A program made the translations under genes and the position numbers. DNA of 64,000 nt from Candidatus Calditenuaceae archaeon HR02 (lineage in GTDB: Archaea; Thermoproteota; Nitrososphaeria_A; Caldarchaeales; Calditenuaceae). How positions within the stretch are numbered: position 1 is the first letter of the stretch; every line of letters starts with the position of its first letter. Below are positions 1 to 9,514 of the stretch, in pieces. The stretch is taken from positions 32,001 to 96,000 of the forward strand of contig BEHE01000001.1 in NCBI GenBank assembly GCA_002898395.1, in the 5' to 3' direction. The notes below the pieces were generated by a model. That model was given only the letters and a program-made list of their open reading frames with translations, made no database searches and was not told the DNA's origin.

Positions 1-1
1 T

Positions 2-490
2 CCAGTCCTCATCCTCCTCGCCGCTATTTCTTGGCTTGTAGGTTGGGAGACTCCGGCACTAGCCTCACTAGCTCTAGGGGCCTCCCTGTTGGGCTTCTTA
101 AGATATAACTGGTATCCTGCACGAGTTTTCAGCGGAAATATTGGAAGCAATCTAGTCGCCGCGGTAATCACCACCGTCGCCATCACGGCGAGGTTGGAGG
201 TAGTCACACTCGTGGCACTGCTACCCCACATTCTGAATGAATTTTTCATTATCGTCTCGATGGGGGGGCTCAAGTCCGGGAAGGCTTTCGCAGCCAGGCC
301 CATCCGCGTCGTTAAAGGGATGATAGTGTCTAGTCCGAGGCTAGGCGACCCTATCACGCTCGTGAGGCTCATAACGTTGCAGAACCCGATGGGAGAGGCG
401 GCGGTTTCGAAGAGAATCGCCCTGCTAAGCGCCTATTCCTCCATACTAGCCCTCATGACGTATCTTATCGGCGGTGTTAGGCTCAGGTGA
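2..490 (+). CDS. Polyprenyl-phosphate N-acetylhexosamine-1-phosphate transferase (MraY/GPT/AglH family), 5'-truncated by window edge
   Basis: Frame is open from position 2. Hydrophobic helices and motif GFLRYNWYPARVFSGNIGS (family FN-x-PA-x-x-F-x-G-D-x-G). Confidence 0.8.
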   Translation, partial: PVLILLAAISWLVGWETPALASLALGASLLGFLRYNWYPARVFSGNIGSNLVAAVITTVAITARLEVVTLVALLPHILNEFFIIVSMGGLKSGKAFAARPIRVVKGMIVSSPRLGDPITLVRLITLQNPMGEAAVSKRIALLSAYSSILALMTYLIGGVRLR

Positions 491-723
491 GATACATGAA
501 GACCCTGCTAGCACTTATCACAGTTGCTTGGGTCTCGCTAATCGGTGTTCTTATCGCCATTTCAACGATTATACTGCCTTTGACACAGGGAGTTGAGTCC
601 AGCCCTACCGCGGGCCTATTACGCGTAGCTCTCTCGCTCGCTCTGTTCGCTGCATGGCTTGTCTGGCTGTTCGAGCTCGCTCTCTTCGCCTCTCTGAAGT
701 CTAGGCAGGGTAGGGATGGTTAG
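487..723 (+). CDS. Small two-TM membrane protein
   Basis: GTGA overlap with the upstream stop; two hydrophobic segments. Confidence 0.65.
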   Translation: MRYMKTLLALITVAWVSLIGVLIAISTIILPLTQGVESSPTAGLLRVALSLALFAAWLVWLFELALFASLKSRQGRDG

Positions 724-725
724 AA

Positions 726-1820
726 ATGACTCCGCCGGTCTCTCTCATAGACATGGATGGCTCCGGCCTACCCCTACTCTTCAAGCTGCTGAAGAATGGG
801 CTACAGGTGCAGTATTCCCCTTTCATGCCTGGTAGGCATCTTAAGGCTCTCAAAGTCAGCGAGGCTGCGCGTAAACTTGTAGCCAATGCAATCAATAAGG
901 GGTGGCTGAAAGAGGTAAAGGTCCGTGAGGCAATCTCAAGCTGCGATATACTGGCTATATCATACATCCACTGGCTTAATCCAGAGATCGATAAGAGAGA
1001 CCTCGCCTACGTCTACAGAGAGGTAAGCGACCACGCCAGGAGTACGACACTACGCATAGTTCAAACTGGGCTGCACGAGTTAGGTTTAATGGACTGGCTC
1101 GAAAATATTCTGCAGCGGCAAACTAGGGATTGGAGGCTATTTTACCTACCCTTTCCGAGAATATTTAAAGGGCGGGTCCCAGTAGGCGGCCCGCCCATCG
1201 ATGACCAGGTAAGACCAATAGTCTCTGCTATATGTGGGCGTAAACAGTTGATACCTGGACTGAGTTATCTGGAGGCAGAGGCTGCGACCTTTACACAGCT
1301 ACTAAGCGAGGCAGCTTCATACGCTGCGGTGGTGGAGGTTGGCCTGATCCTATACCGCAGATATGGTATCCTCCAACCCGAAAATCTATCCCAGTTTGTT
1401 GGGCCGTATAGAAGGATTCATTGGAGAAGTAGGATCGGTGACTCGCTTCTCACGCTATTAGAGGAGCTGGAAGGGGCTGAGCTTCAGAGATCCTTAGCCG
1501 CTGGGGCCATCTCCAGAGTAATCAAAGAAGGTGATAGAGTCGTAGTGGACCTCCTTACTAAATACTTCAAGTCTAAAAAAATGGCGAGAATACTTCTGAT
1601 AGGCACTAGCCCTCAGCTGGTTGACAAGATTGGTCGAAAGTTTAAAGTTTCATATTTAGCCAAGTCAGAGCTAAGGTCTAAAAAGACTCCCCAGAAGGTA
1701 GGTGCGGCGATAATAGTAGGTGTCGACGCAGGCACAATAAGCTTATTGAAAGGCTTATTAAGTGAGGGTGGAGTAATAATTGATTTGAGCCATTTCCGCC
1801 TGATTAAGAGCGAGAAGTGA
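726..1820 (+). CDS. Divergent nucleotide-sugar dehydrogenase-like protein (UDP-Glc/GDP-Man dehydrogenase fold), probably non-catalytic
   Basis: Operonic 364-aa ORF. AISSCDILAI, DLAYVYREV and SYLEAEAATFTQLLSEAASYAAVVEVG resemble WecC/Ugd segments, but GxGxxG and GGxC are absent. Confidence 0.5.
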   Translation: MTPPVSLIDMDGSGLPLLFKLLKNGLQVQYSPFMPGRHLKALKVSEAARKLVANAINKGWLKEVKVREAISSCDILAISYIHWLNPEIDKRDLAYVYREVSDHARSTTLRIVQTGLHELGLMDWLENILQRQTRDWRLFYLPFPRIFKGRVPVGGPPIDDQVRPIVSAICGRKQLIPGLSYLEAEAATFTQLLSEAASYAAVVEVGLILYRRYGILQPENLSQFVGPYRRIHWRSRIGDSLLTLLEELEGAELQRSLAAGAISRVIKEGDRVVVDLLTKYFKSKKMARILLIGTSPQLVDKIGRKFKVSYLAKSELRSKKTPQKVGAAIIVGVDAGTISLLKGLLSEGGVIIDLSHFRLIKSEK

Positions 1821-1827
1821 TTGTGGA

Positions 1828-2826
1828 TTGGGAGAGGCGCAGATCCGGGTTGCTGTGATTGGAGCTGGGTTTTGGGGTAGGAATCATGCCAGGGTCCTCT
1901 CGGAGATACCTAAAGTCGAGCTCTGCGCTGTTGTAGACGTAGATGTCCAGAGAGCTGAACAGGTTGCGAGGAGGTATAATGTCCCTCACGTATACAAGGA
2001 TTACAGAGAGATCCTACGAGGTGGAGTGGTTGACGCGGTCACGATATGCACACCCACAATAACTCATGCCGAGATCGCCTTGGAGTGTATTAGAGATGGG
2101 TTGGCGGTACTTATCGAGAAGCCGATGGCCGCTAACCTTAAGGAGGCGATAGAGATCTACGACACGGCCAAATCCTGTGGAGGAAAATTGATGGTAGGCT
2201 TTATCGAGAGGTTTAACCCCGCTGTGCGGTATATGCTCTCTGCTTTATCGGACGGTGTCATAGGTACTCCCCTCACCATCGCTGCGAGGAGAATAGGGCC
2301 GTGGCCCGAGAGGATTGGAGACGTCGGCGTAGTAAAGGATATCGCTATACATGATATAGACCTAACACACTATTTCTTTGGGAGTATTCCCACGAACATT
2401 TACGCGACGGGGGGAGCGCTCAGACACAGCTATGAAGACTATGTTCAGGCTCTATTGTACTTTGACGAAGTAAGGTCGGCTTCGCTGGAGGCTAACTGGC
2501 TCTCCTCAAAGAAGAAGAGGGACATGCGGATAACTGGGACTGAGGGTGTCGCCCATATAGAGTTTCTTATCGGCGAGGTTATAATTGAGAAGCCCGACTA
2601 CTCCATCAGCCCCACCATAAATTATGTTGAGCCGCTGAAAAGCGAGCTCACATACTTTGTTGAGCAGCTCTGCGCTTCCAAGGAGCTGGTGCCTGGCCCG
2701 CGGGAAGGCCTGCTCTCGCTGGCCGTCGCGGAGGCTATACTCGCCTCCATGAAGAGTCGCCGAACAATCTCGCTTGAGCAAGTCCTCGGAGAGTGGGGAA
2801 TCAGCGGTAGGGAGGCCAGGCTATAG
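1828..2826 (+). CDS. Gfo/Idh/MocA oxidoreductase (UDP-GlcNAc(A) 3-dehydrogenase-like)
   Basis: VAVIGAGFWG, EKP, GFIERFNPAV and DIAIHDID motifs. Confidence 0.9.
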   Translation: MGEAQIRVAVIGAGFWGRNHARVLSEIPKVELCAVVDVDVQRAEQVARRYNVPHVYKDYREILRGGVVDAVTICTPTITHAEIALECIRDGLAVLIEKPMAANLKEAIEIYDTAKSCGGKLMVGFIERFNPAVRYMLSALSDGVIGTPLTIAARRIGPWPERIGDVGVVKDIAIHDIDLTHYFFGSIPTNIYATGGALRHSYEDYVQALLYFDEVRSASLEANWLSSKKKRDMRITGTEGVAHIEFLIGEVIIEKPDYSISPTINYVEPLKSELTYFVEQLCASKELVPGPREGLLSLAVAEAILASMKSRRTISLEQVLGEWGISGREARL

Positions 2827-2859
2827 ATATAATTCACCCCTCTCCCCCAGTATTCACTG

Positions 2860-3906
2860 TTGCGGGAGCCGAGAACTCTCTACTGGAAGGGTGGCTCTCT
2901 ATACCTTCTCGACCAGCGTCTCTTGCCACACCGGGAGAGATATGTAAGGTGTAGAGGATACAGAGACGTAGCCCGCGCTATTAGGGAGATGATTGTTAGA
3001 GGAGCCCCCGCCATTGGTGTGGCCGCTGCATATGGTGTCGTCCTAGCCTGTAAGTCATCTGGTAGCAAGAAAACAGGGCTTGAGACGCGGGTCATGGAGG
3101 CTGCGGAGGAGATAAAATCGACACGGCCCACCGCAGTGAACCTCTTTTGGGCAGTTGACCGGATGGTAAGACTGGCTAAGGAGGCTAAGGAGAGGGGACT
3201 TGATGTCTATGAAACTCTGTTGCATGAAGCAAACAGGATGGCTGAGGCGGATATTGAGGCTAATAGGCGGATAGGAGAGTATGGGAAGGGACTAGTCCCA
3301 GATGGCGCAACAGTCATGACGTACTGTAATGCAGGGGGCTTAGCTACCGTGGGATATGGGACGGCGATTGGGGTCATAAGGGCTGCATTCGAGGAAGGCA
3401 AAAAGATCTTAGTGCTAGTTCCCGAGACTAGGCCTAAGCTCCAAGGGGCCAGGCTCACAGCCTATGAGCTGAAGAGGATTGGCATCCCCTACAAGATAAT
3501 CACAGATAACATGGCGGCCATGCTTATGAGCAGAGGGGAGGTTAGCTGCATAGTCGTAGGTGCAGATAGGGTCCTCGCTAGGACGGGGCACGTGGTTAAC
3601 AAGATTGGCACTCTCGGTCTAGCGATCTCCGCAAAATACTTTGGGGTACCATTCTATGTAGCCGCGCCTCTCTCTAGCTTCGACTTCGAAAAAAGGCCAG
3701 AGGATGTTAAGATAGAGGAGAGAGATGAGAGGGAGGTGCTGACTTTCGCAGGAAAAAGCATAGCCCCAAACGGCTCCAAAGCAGTGAACCTAGCCTTCGA
3801 CATAACACCCCCCGACCTAGTCTCCGCTGTTATTACTGAATACGGTGTCTACGAGCCAAGCGGGCTCATGATGCTTGAGAAATATGCACCGCTTGATACT
3901 GAGTAA
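2860..3906 (+). CDS. mtnA: Methylthioribose-1-phosphate isomerase (eIF2B-like)
   Basis: LLDQRLLP, VRGAPAIG, RPTAVNL, CNAGGLAT, ETRP, GADR, NKIGT and FDITP motifs. Confidence 0.93.
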   Translation: MREPRTLYWKGGSLYLLDQRLLPHRERYVRCRGYRDVARAIREMIVRGAPAIGVAAAYGVVLACKSSGSKKTGLETRVMEAAEEIKSTRPTAVNLFWAVDRMVRLAKEAKERGLDVYETLLHEANRMAEADIEANRRIGEYGKGLVPDGATVMTYCNAGGLATVGYGTAIGVIRAAFEEGKKILVLVPETRPKLQGARLTAYELKRIGIPYKIITDNMAAMLMSRGEVSCIVVGADRVLARTGHVVNKIGTLGLAISAKYFGVPFYVAAPLSSFDFEKRPEDVKIEERDEREVLTFAGKSIAPNGSKAVNLAFDITPPDLVSAVITEYGVYEPSGLMMLEKYAPLDTE

Positions 3907-5152
3907 TGGCTCTTTTCACCCAGTTGTATAGGGCTTCATGTGGGAGGTGGACAGCTTTTTTACCGTGGGTGAGTGATATGACCTGTTGGGCGCAGGTCTC
4001 ACTGTAGGACAAGACTGTATCGCCGGGTCCCAACCTTTTCAAAAGTATACCACCAATCTCGGTGGAGAGCTTCCTGTTCTTTCTGAAGAGGCCCCACAGG
4101 CCGCCCGACCCGCAACACTCCGTCACCACCCCTTCAATATGGGCTCCAAGCTTCTCGAAGGCCTCCGCGATCTGGCCTGTTAAGTTGAGGTGTTGGGAGA
4201 GGCATGTGGAGTGCAAGATGGGGCTAAAGCCGCTTAGGTTGGCGGAGAGCCTACCGGACTCCACCAAGCCGTTAATTAGCTCATTTATGTCCACTACAGC
4301 CTCTGAGACGGTCCTGCTCTTTTCGTTATCCAAGAGCTTCGGATAGACCTCCCTCAACATTAAGGTGGATGCGGGAGACGTGCATAGAATCCTTCTCCCC
4401 TTCTCAACCTCCTCGAACAAACTATCCACATTCCGTGCCGCGAGCTTCGCCACCCTTTCCCAGAAACCCAGCTCCCAGAGTATCACACCCGAGTCATATT
4501 GCCTCGGATATGTTAGCTCGATTCCGGCTGTTCTCAGCAGCTCCCTAGCAGATATGCCGACACTAGGTTTGACAAATCTCGCATAGGTGTCTGAGAAATA
4601 CGCGAGTGTTCGGTGTCCAGGCCGTGGCGCGTTTTTCTTAAAATACTTGTCGAGTGCCCCTCCTTCAGGTATTGGGAGTGGGGCGTCATCCGCGAATTCT
4701 CCTATACGCCTAAACAACTGGAGCAGTGGTTTTCCGAGCAATATTTTTCTTAGTGGGGCCGGAGCCCTTGACAGGTATTTCACAATCGGCTCGTAGTGCG
4801 CTACCATCCGCTCACCCCTGCTCAGCATTTTTTCTCCAACGGCTATGATGTAGGCGCGCCTATAGCTTGACATGACGGTCGGGATGGGGATGCGAGCGGG
4901 GCAAACGTTTAAACACCTCAGACAACCTATGCACAGGTCGATCAGCTCTTTGAAGCGGGGAGTGAAAGGGTGTGGTGTTCCATTATTCAAGCTTGACTGA
5001 AGTAACACCAGCCTGCCCCTACTCGTCCGTGAAGGGATGTGCCCGATACTGCTCAGCGTCGTGGGGCAAACCGAGTTGCAGAAGCCACACCTTATACACC
5101 TCTCAGCCTCATCGGCATATGCCCCCATCAGATCTCTAAGCGTGCTTGACAA
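3866..5152 (-). CDS. Fe-S oxidoreductase subunit, GlpC/GlcF-like (2x[4Fe-4S] plus CCG domains)
   Basis: CIRCGFCNSVCP, CIGCLRCLNVCP and C-terminal ECCGSGG. Confidence 0.85.
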   Translation of the reverse strand: MSSTLRDLMGAYADEAERCIRCGFCNSVCPTTLSSIGHIPSRTSRGRLVLLQSSLNNGTPHPFTPRFKELIDLCIGCLRCLNVCPARIPIPTVMSSYRRAYIIAVGEKMLSRGERMVAHYEPIVKYLSRAPAPLRKILLGKPLLQLFRRIGEFADDAPLPIPEGGALDKYFKKNAPRPGHRTLAYFSDTYARFVKPSVGISARELLRTAGIELTYPRQYDSGVILWELGFWERVAKLAARNVDSLFEEVEKGRRILCTSPASTLMLREVYPKLLDNEKSRTVSEAVVDINELINGLVESGRLSANLSGFSPILHSTCLSQHLNLTGQIAEAFEKLGAHIEGVVTECCGSGGLWGLFRKNRKLSTEIGGILLKRLGPGDTVLSYSETCAQQVISLTHGKKAVHLPHEALYNWVKRAITQYQAVHISQAS

Positions 5153-5304
5153 CCCGAAAGACCAACTAATGATGAGACTTAATCGTCCTAAAAACCGTTC
5201 CTAAGCAACACTTACTGGAATAGTTTGGAGGGGGCATGGATTATCTCCCGGCTTCAGGTTTATAACTCCGGCAGGTGTAAACAGTCTCAGCAAGTGGGTG
5301 AAGA

Positions 5305-6306
5305 ATGGGGCATAGAAAATACTCTGCTCCGAGAAGGGGGTCTTTGGCATACTCACCTAGGCGAAGGGCAGGGTCTCCAATCCCCCGCGTCAACTTCTGG
5401 CCTGAGAGGAGAGACAGGAAGGGGCTCACGGGCTTCATAGCCTACAAGTTGGGAATGGTCACGGTCTTCATAGTCGACGATGTTCCCGGCTCACCAACAC
5501 AAGGGACAGAAGTGGCCGCGGGGTGCACCATACTCGCAACCCCGCCACTCCACATCATCGGAGTCGTATTATTGAAGCGGGAGGATGGCTACCTGTTGGA
5601 GATCGGACGACACATAGTTAGTGACCTGCCCCCAGAGGTTAGAGAACGTGTCAGAGGAGTTTCACCCACCTCACTAAGTGTTGATGACCTGAAGGCCTCC
5701 TTAAGCAGTGCCGCCCAAGTCAGAGCCCTAGCCGCCTCCTATCCGAGGGAGGCAGGCCTATCCCAGAAGAAAGCCATCATCCTCTCAATACCTGTTGCAG
5801 GAAGCGCCGAGGAGGCCTTCAACTACGTTGTCGAGAGGTTAGGAAAGCGTCTACCTGTCGAGGAGGTCTTCAGGGAGGGCGAGTTTATCGATGTCGTGGG
5901 TGTCACTAAGGGTCACGGGTTCCAAGGGGTTGTGAGGAGGTTTGGTGTCAAGATTCTGCCACGCAAGCAGAGGAAGACGAGGAGGGCAGTAGGGGCGATT
6001 GGTGGGAGGAGCCCAAAATATATCACTAGGTTTGTTCCCCGCGCTGGGCAGGTGGGATTCCACTACAGGACCGAGTACAATAAGAGGGTTATCAAGATCT
6101 GGCCCGATGGAAAGGCGCCCTTACCGAAGGGCGGGTTTATCAGAGCTCCTCCGCCTAGGTGCCCTGCTATCGCTTTGCTGGGCTCCGTGATGGGGACTCC
6201 TAAGAGGCCAGTAGTCCTTAGGACGCCGGCGAAACCCCCACGCTACAGCCTCGGGGCGCCGAAGCTGTCAGCAATGGTGTATGCCAGCGAGGTGTTGGTG
6301 TCTTGA
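5305..6306 (+). CDS. rpl3: 50S ribosomal protein uL3
   Basis: MGHRKYSAPRRGSL, TKGHGFQGVV and GFHYRTEYNKR. Confidence 0.97.
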   Translation: MGHRKYSAPRRGSLAYSPRRRAGSPIPRVNFWPERRDRKGLTGFIAYKLGMVTVFIVDDVPGSPTQGTEVAAGCTILATPPLHIIGVVLLKREDGYLLEIGRHIVSDLPPEVRERVRGVSPTSLSVDDLKASLSSAAQVRALAASYPREAGLSQKKAIILSIPVAGSAEEAFNYVVERLGKRLPVEEVFREGEFIDVVGVTKGHGFQGVVRRFGVKILPRKQRKTRRAVGAIGGRSPKYITRFVPRAGQVGFHYRTEYNKRVIKIWPDGKAPLPKGGFIRAPPPRCPAIALLGSVMGTPKRPVVLRTPAKPPRYSLGAPKLSAMVYASEVLVS

Positions 6307-7139
6307 CGCTCTTGGGCCAGCTTCTGAGGTCGGAGCAGGTCACTGTCACTGTGACGGGGCTTGACGGTTCAAGCAGGGGTGAAGTTACCCTCCCACGCAT
6401 ATTCTCTGCGAAACTGAGGGCGGACCTGGTCCGGAGAGCGTATATTCACCTACTCTCTCACAGGTTCCAGCCTAAGGGAGCCTGGAAGGGTTCAGGTCAT
6501 AAGTACTCGGTGGAGTCTCTCGGGCCAGGTTACGGGATGGCGAGGATAGCGCGTCTAAAGGTTGAGGGAACTGGGAAGGCAAGGGGCGGAGGGTTTGTCC
6601 CAACTGCTGTCGGGGGGAGGCCGACCCACCCACCGACTCCAGAGAAGAAGATACACAAGAGTATCAACGAGAAGGAGAAGAGAGCAGCCTTAGCATCAGC
6701 CATCGCGTTTACCTCCAGCATCCAGCATGTGAGGGGGCGAGGACACAGGATACCAGACGGAATACACTTGCCCATCATCATCGAGGACTCCCTAGCATCT
6801 GTTAAGAAGACCGCTGAGTTGCTGCAGATTCTTAATGCATTAGGATTAGGTAGGGAGCTTGAGAGGTGTCGCGAGGTTAAGATTAGGGCTGGTAAGGGGA
6901 AGAGGAGGGGGAGGCGCTACAAGGGGAGAAAAGGGCCGCTCATAGTGGTCCACTCTGATGAAGGTGTTTCGAGGGCGGCAGAAAACATTCCTGGGGTAGA
7001 TGTTGTCCTAGCCAAGGACCTGAGCGTCCTAGATCTCGCGCCAGGCGGCCATCCGGGGAGGCTGACCATCTATACTCTAGGCGCTCTCCACCTACTCGAG
7101 AGGAGGTTGTTGGGTGATGGATCCGCAGGCGGTGATTAA
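6303..7139 (+). CDS. rpl4: 50S ribosomal protein uL4
   Basis: [24 protein letters not shown] and [11 protein letters not shown]. Confidence 0.97.
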   Translation: MTLLGQLLRSEQVTVTVTGLDGSSRGEVTLPRIFSAKLRADLVRRAYIHLLSHRFQPKGAWKGSGHKYSVESLGPGYGMARIARLKVEGTGKARGGGFVPTAVGGRPTHPPTPEKKIHKSINEKEKRAALASAIAFTSSIQHVRGRGHRIPDGIHLPIIIEDSLASVKKTAELLQILNALGLGRELERCREVKIRAGKGKRRGRRYKGRKGPLIVVHSDEGVSRAAENIPGVDVVLAKDLSVLDLAPGGHPGRLTIYTLGALHLLERRLLGDGSAGGD

Positions 7140-7377
7140 GAGACTCGTGGTAACTCAGGATGCAGTCTCATTGATAGAGCGGGAGAATAAGCTGACGTTT
7201 ATTGTAGATATTAATGCAACTAAGAGGGATATCAAGTTGGCTGTGGAGAGGATTTATGAGGTCAAGGTTGAGAGGGTTAATACGCTCATTACTCCGCGGG
7301 GTGAGAAGAAGGCCTTTGTCAAGCTGGCGCCGGACTACAAAGCCTCAGACATCGCTACGAGGCTGGGGGTCTTTTAG
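7114..7377 (+). CDS. rpl23: 50S ribosomal protein uL23
   Basis: ENKLTFIVD...[17 protein letters not shown]; follows uL4. Confidence 0.97.
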   Translation: MMDPQAVIKRLVVTQDAVSLIERENKLTFIVDINATKRDIKLAVERIYEVKVERVNTLITPRGEKKAFVKLAPDYKASDIATRLGVF

Positions 7378-7388
7378 GGTGATTCTCC

Positions 7389-8105
7389 ATGCCTAGGCGT
7401 ATCAGGGCCCAGAGAATTGGGCGCGGCTCTCCGACCTACGTGGCGAGCATTCAGAGACACTTCGAGGTGGGAATACCTGCAGAGCTGCCCAGGAATGGTG
7501 AGCTGATAACGGGATACGTCAGGGATATACTACACGACCCTGGCAGGGGGGCACCAGTCGCAGAAGTCGAGGCCAACGACAAAGTATTCTACATCCCCGC
7601 GGTACAGGGAATGTATGTAGGCCAGAAGATAGAGATTGGGAGCAAGGCAAGCCCCTCCATAGGAAACATACTGCCTGTGGGTGTTCTGCCCGAGGGTGCG
7701 GTAGTCTCGACCGTTGAGCTTAGGCCTGGGGATGGAGGGGTGCTGGCTAGATCGTCTGGAGCATACGCTTCAGTCATCTCTCAAGTAGGCGACAAGACAA
7801 TCATCAGGCTACCCTCGAGGAAGCTTGTTGAGCTGAGTGGGAAATGCCTCGCCGTAGTAGGGGCAGTCGCGGGTGGCGGCAGGGTGGATAAACCCATGCT
7901 CAAGGCTGGGAAAAAATACTGGCTGATGAAGGCGAAGCACAGGCCTTATCCGAGGGTCAGAGGCGTGGCGATGGTTCCCGCTAGACATCCTTTCGGAGGC
8001 GGGAGTCATAAGAAGATCGGGCGGCCAGAGACTGTTAAGAGAACCGCACCACCTGGTAGGAAGGTCGGTCTTATTGCCGCGAGGCGCACTGGGAGGAAGA
8101 GGTAG
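7389..8105 (+). CDS. rpl2: 50S ribosomal protein uL2
   Basis: HDPGRGAP, RVRGVAM, HPFGGG and PPGRKVGLIAARRTG. Confidence 0.97.
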   Translation: MPRRIRAQRIGRGSPTYVASIQRHFEVGIPAELPRNGELITGYVRDILHDPGRGAPVAEVEANDKVFYIPAVQGMYVGQKIEIGSKASPSIGNILPVGVLPEGAVVSTVELRPGDGGVLARSSGAYASVISQVGDKTIIRLPSRKLVELSGKCLAVVGAVAGGGRVDKPMLKAGKKYWLMKAKHRPYPRVRGVAMVPARHPFGGGSHKKIGRPETVKRTAPPGRKVGLIAARRTGRKR

Positions 8106-8111
8106 ACATCT

Positions 8112-9452
8112 CTAGGTCGTCCCCAACTGCCACTCTCTGAGATACTTTACCTGCTCCTCGGTTAGGGACTCGAGCTTCACTCCCATTGAGGCAAGCTTCT
8201 CCCTGGCAACCATGTCGTCGATCTCCTGCGGTAGTAGGTATACCCGCCTCTCAAGCTTTTCGCGATTCTCGACCAAGTACTTGACAGCGAGCGCCTGGAG
8301 CGAAAAGCTCAGATCCATCACCTCGGGAGGATGACCCTCAGCAGCCACCAGGTTTACAAGCCTTCCATCAGCCAGCAGATAGAGCTCGCGACCATCACTG
8401 AGCACGTACTTTGTTATGAGGTCGGATATTCTCTCCACTCTGATGGAGAGCTTGGCGAGGTCCCGCTTAGATATCTCGACATCATAGTGCCCTGCGTTGG
8501 CCATTATGGCTCCACTTCTCATCTTCAGGAAGTGTTCTTCGCGAATCACGTTGATGTCGCCTGTAGCGGTGATGAATATGTCGCCTATTGCTGCTGCCTC
8601 GTTCATGTCAGTGACTCTGAAGCCGTTCATTGCTGCCATAAGGGCCTTGACGGGTGAGGGCTCCACCACTATGACCTCACAGCCCATCCCCCTCGCCCTC
8701 ATCGCTATGCCGGAGCCCACCTGCCCATAACCGGCAACCACGACCCTCTTACCTGCAAGCAGGATTCCCGTGGCCCTCATAATACCGTCTAGGACGGACT
8801 GTCCTGTTCCTATCGGGTTGTCAAAGAGCCTCTTAGTGGGCGAGTCGTTCACGGCTATGATGGGATATAGTAGCAGGCCTTGAGCCTCAAGAGAGCGAAG
8901 TCTAGTTACACCCGTGGTGGTCTCCTCGGTTCCACCATAGATGCTGGAGCAAGACCCCCTGGGGTCGCTCAGGACCCTAGTAGCCCAGGACACACTCTCA
9001 TCCCTCATACCATGCAAAATCTTGTGAACGGTCGAGGTCAGGTCAGCCCCGTCATCGATCGTGATGAAGGGCTCCAGCCTAAGAGTCCATCCTATACACT
9101 CATAGTACTCCTGCGGGCTCATGCCCCTAACAGCGTATACTCTGACACCCTTAGAGGCGAGAGCCGAGGCAACATCGTCTTGCGTGCTAAGAGGGTTGGA
9201 GGCGCAGAGCGCAACCTCAGCACCGCCAGCCCTAAGCGTCTCAACCAAGACAGCAGTCTCCTTCGTAACATGCAGACAAGCCGCAACCCTCACACCCTCA
9301 AGAGGCCTCTCCTCCAAAAACCTCCTCCTAATCGAGAGACAAACAGGCATCAGCCTCTCAGCCCAAGAAATCCTCCTTAGCCCCTGTTCAGCAAGCCCCA
9401 AGTCCCGGACCCAGAAGTCCCCACCAGCCATCTCCCAACTAACAAAACTCAC
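8112..9452 (-). CDS. ahcY: S-adenosylhomocysteine hydrolase
   Basis: [38 protein letters not shown] and EGHP. Confidence 0.96.
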   Translation of the reverse strand: MSFVSWEMAGGDFWVRDLGLAEQGLRRISWAERLMPVCLSIRRRFLEERPLEGVRVAACLHVTKETAVLVETLRAGGAEVALCASNPLSTQDDVASALASKGVRVYAVRGMSPQEYYECIGWTLRLEPFITIDDGADLTSTVHKILHGMRDESVSWATRVLSDPRGSCSSIYGGTEETTTGVTRLRSLEAQGLLLYPIIAVNDSPTKRLFDNPIGTGQSVLDGIMRATGILLAGKRVVVAGYGQVGSGIAMRARGMGCEVIVVEPSPVKALMAAMNGFRVTDMNEAAAIGDIFITATGDINVIREEHFLKMRSGAIMANAGHYDVEISKRDLAKLSIRVERISDLITKYVLSDGRELYLLADGRLVNLVAAEGHPPEVMDLSFSLQALAVKYLVENREKLERRVYLLPQEIDDMVAREKLASMGVKLESLTEEQVKYLREWQLGTT

Positions 9453-9514
9453 ACCCTAATAAAGAAAAACAACCACTACAAACAGCACCAGGGTGTACTC
9501 CTAAGATAGGAAAC

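Noticed and set aside
5169-5225. ATGATGA C-box-like sequence suggesting a C/D sRNA
   Set aside because: No downstream CTGA D box at a suitable distance; the region is explained as divergent promoters.
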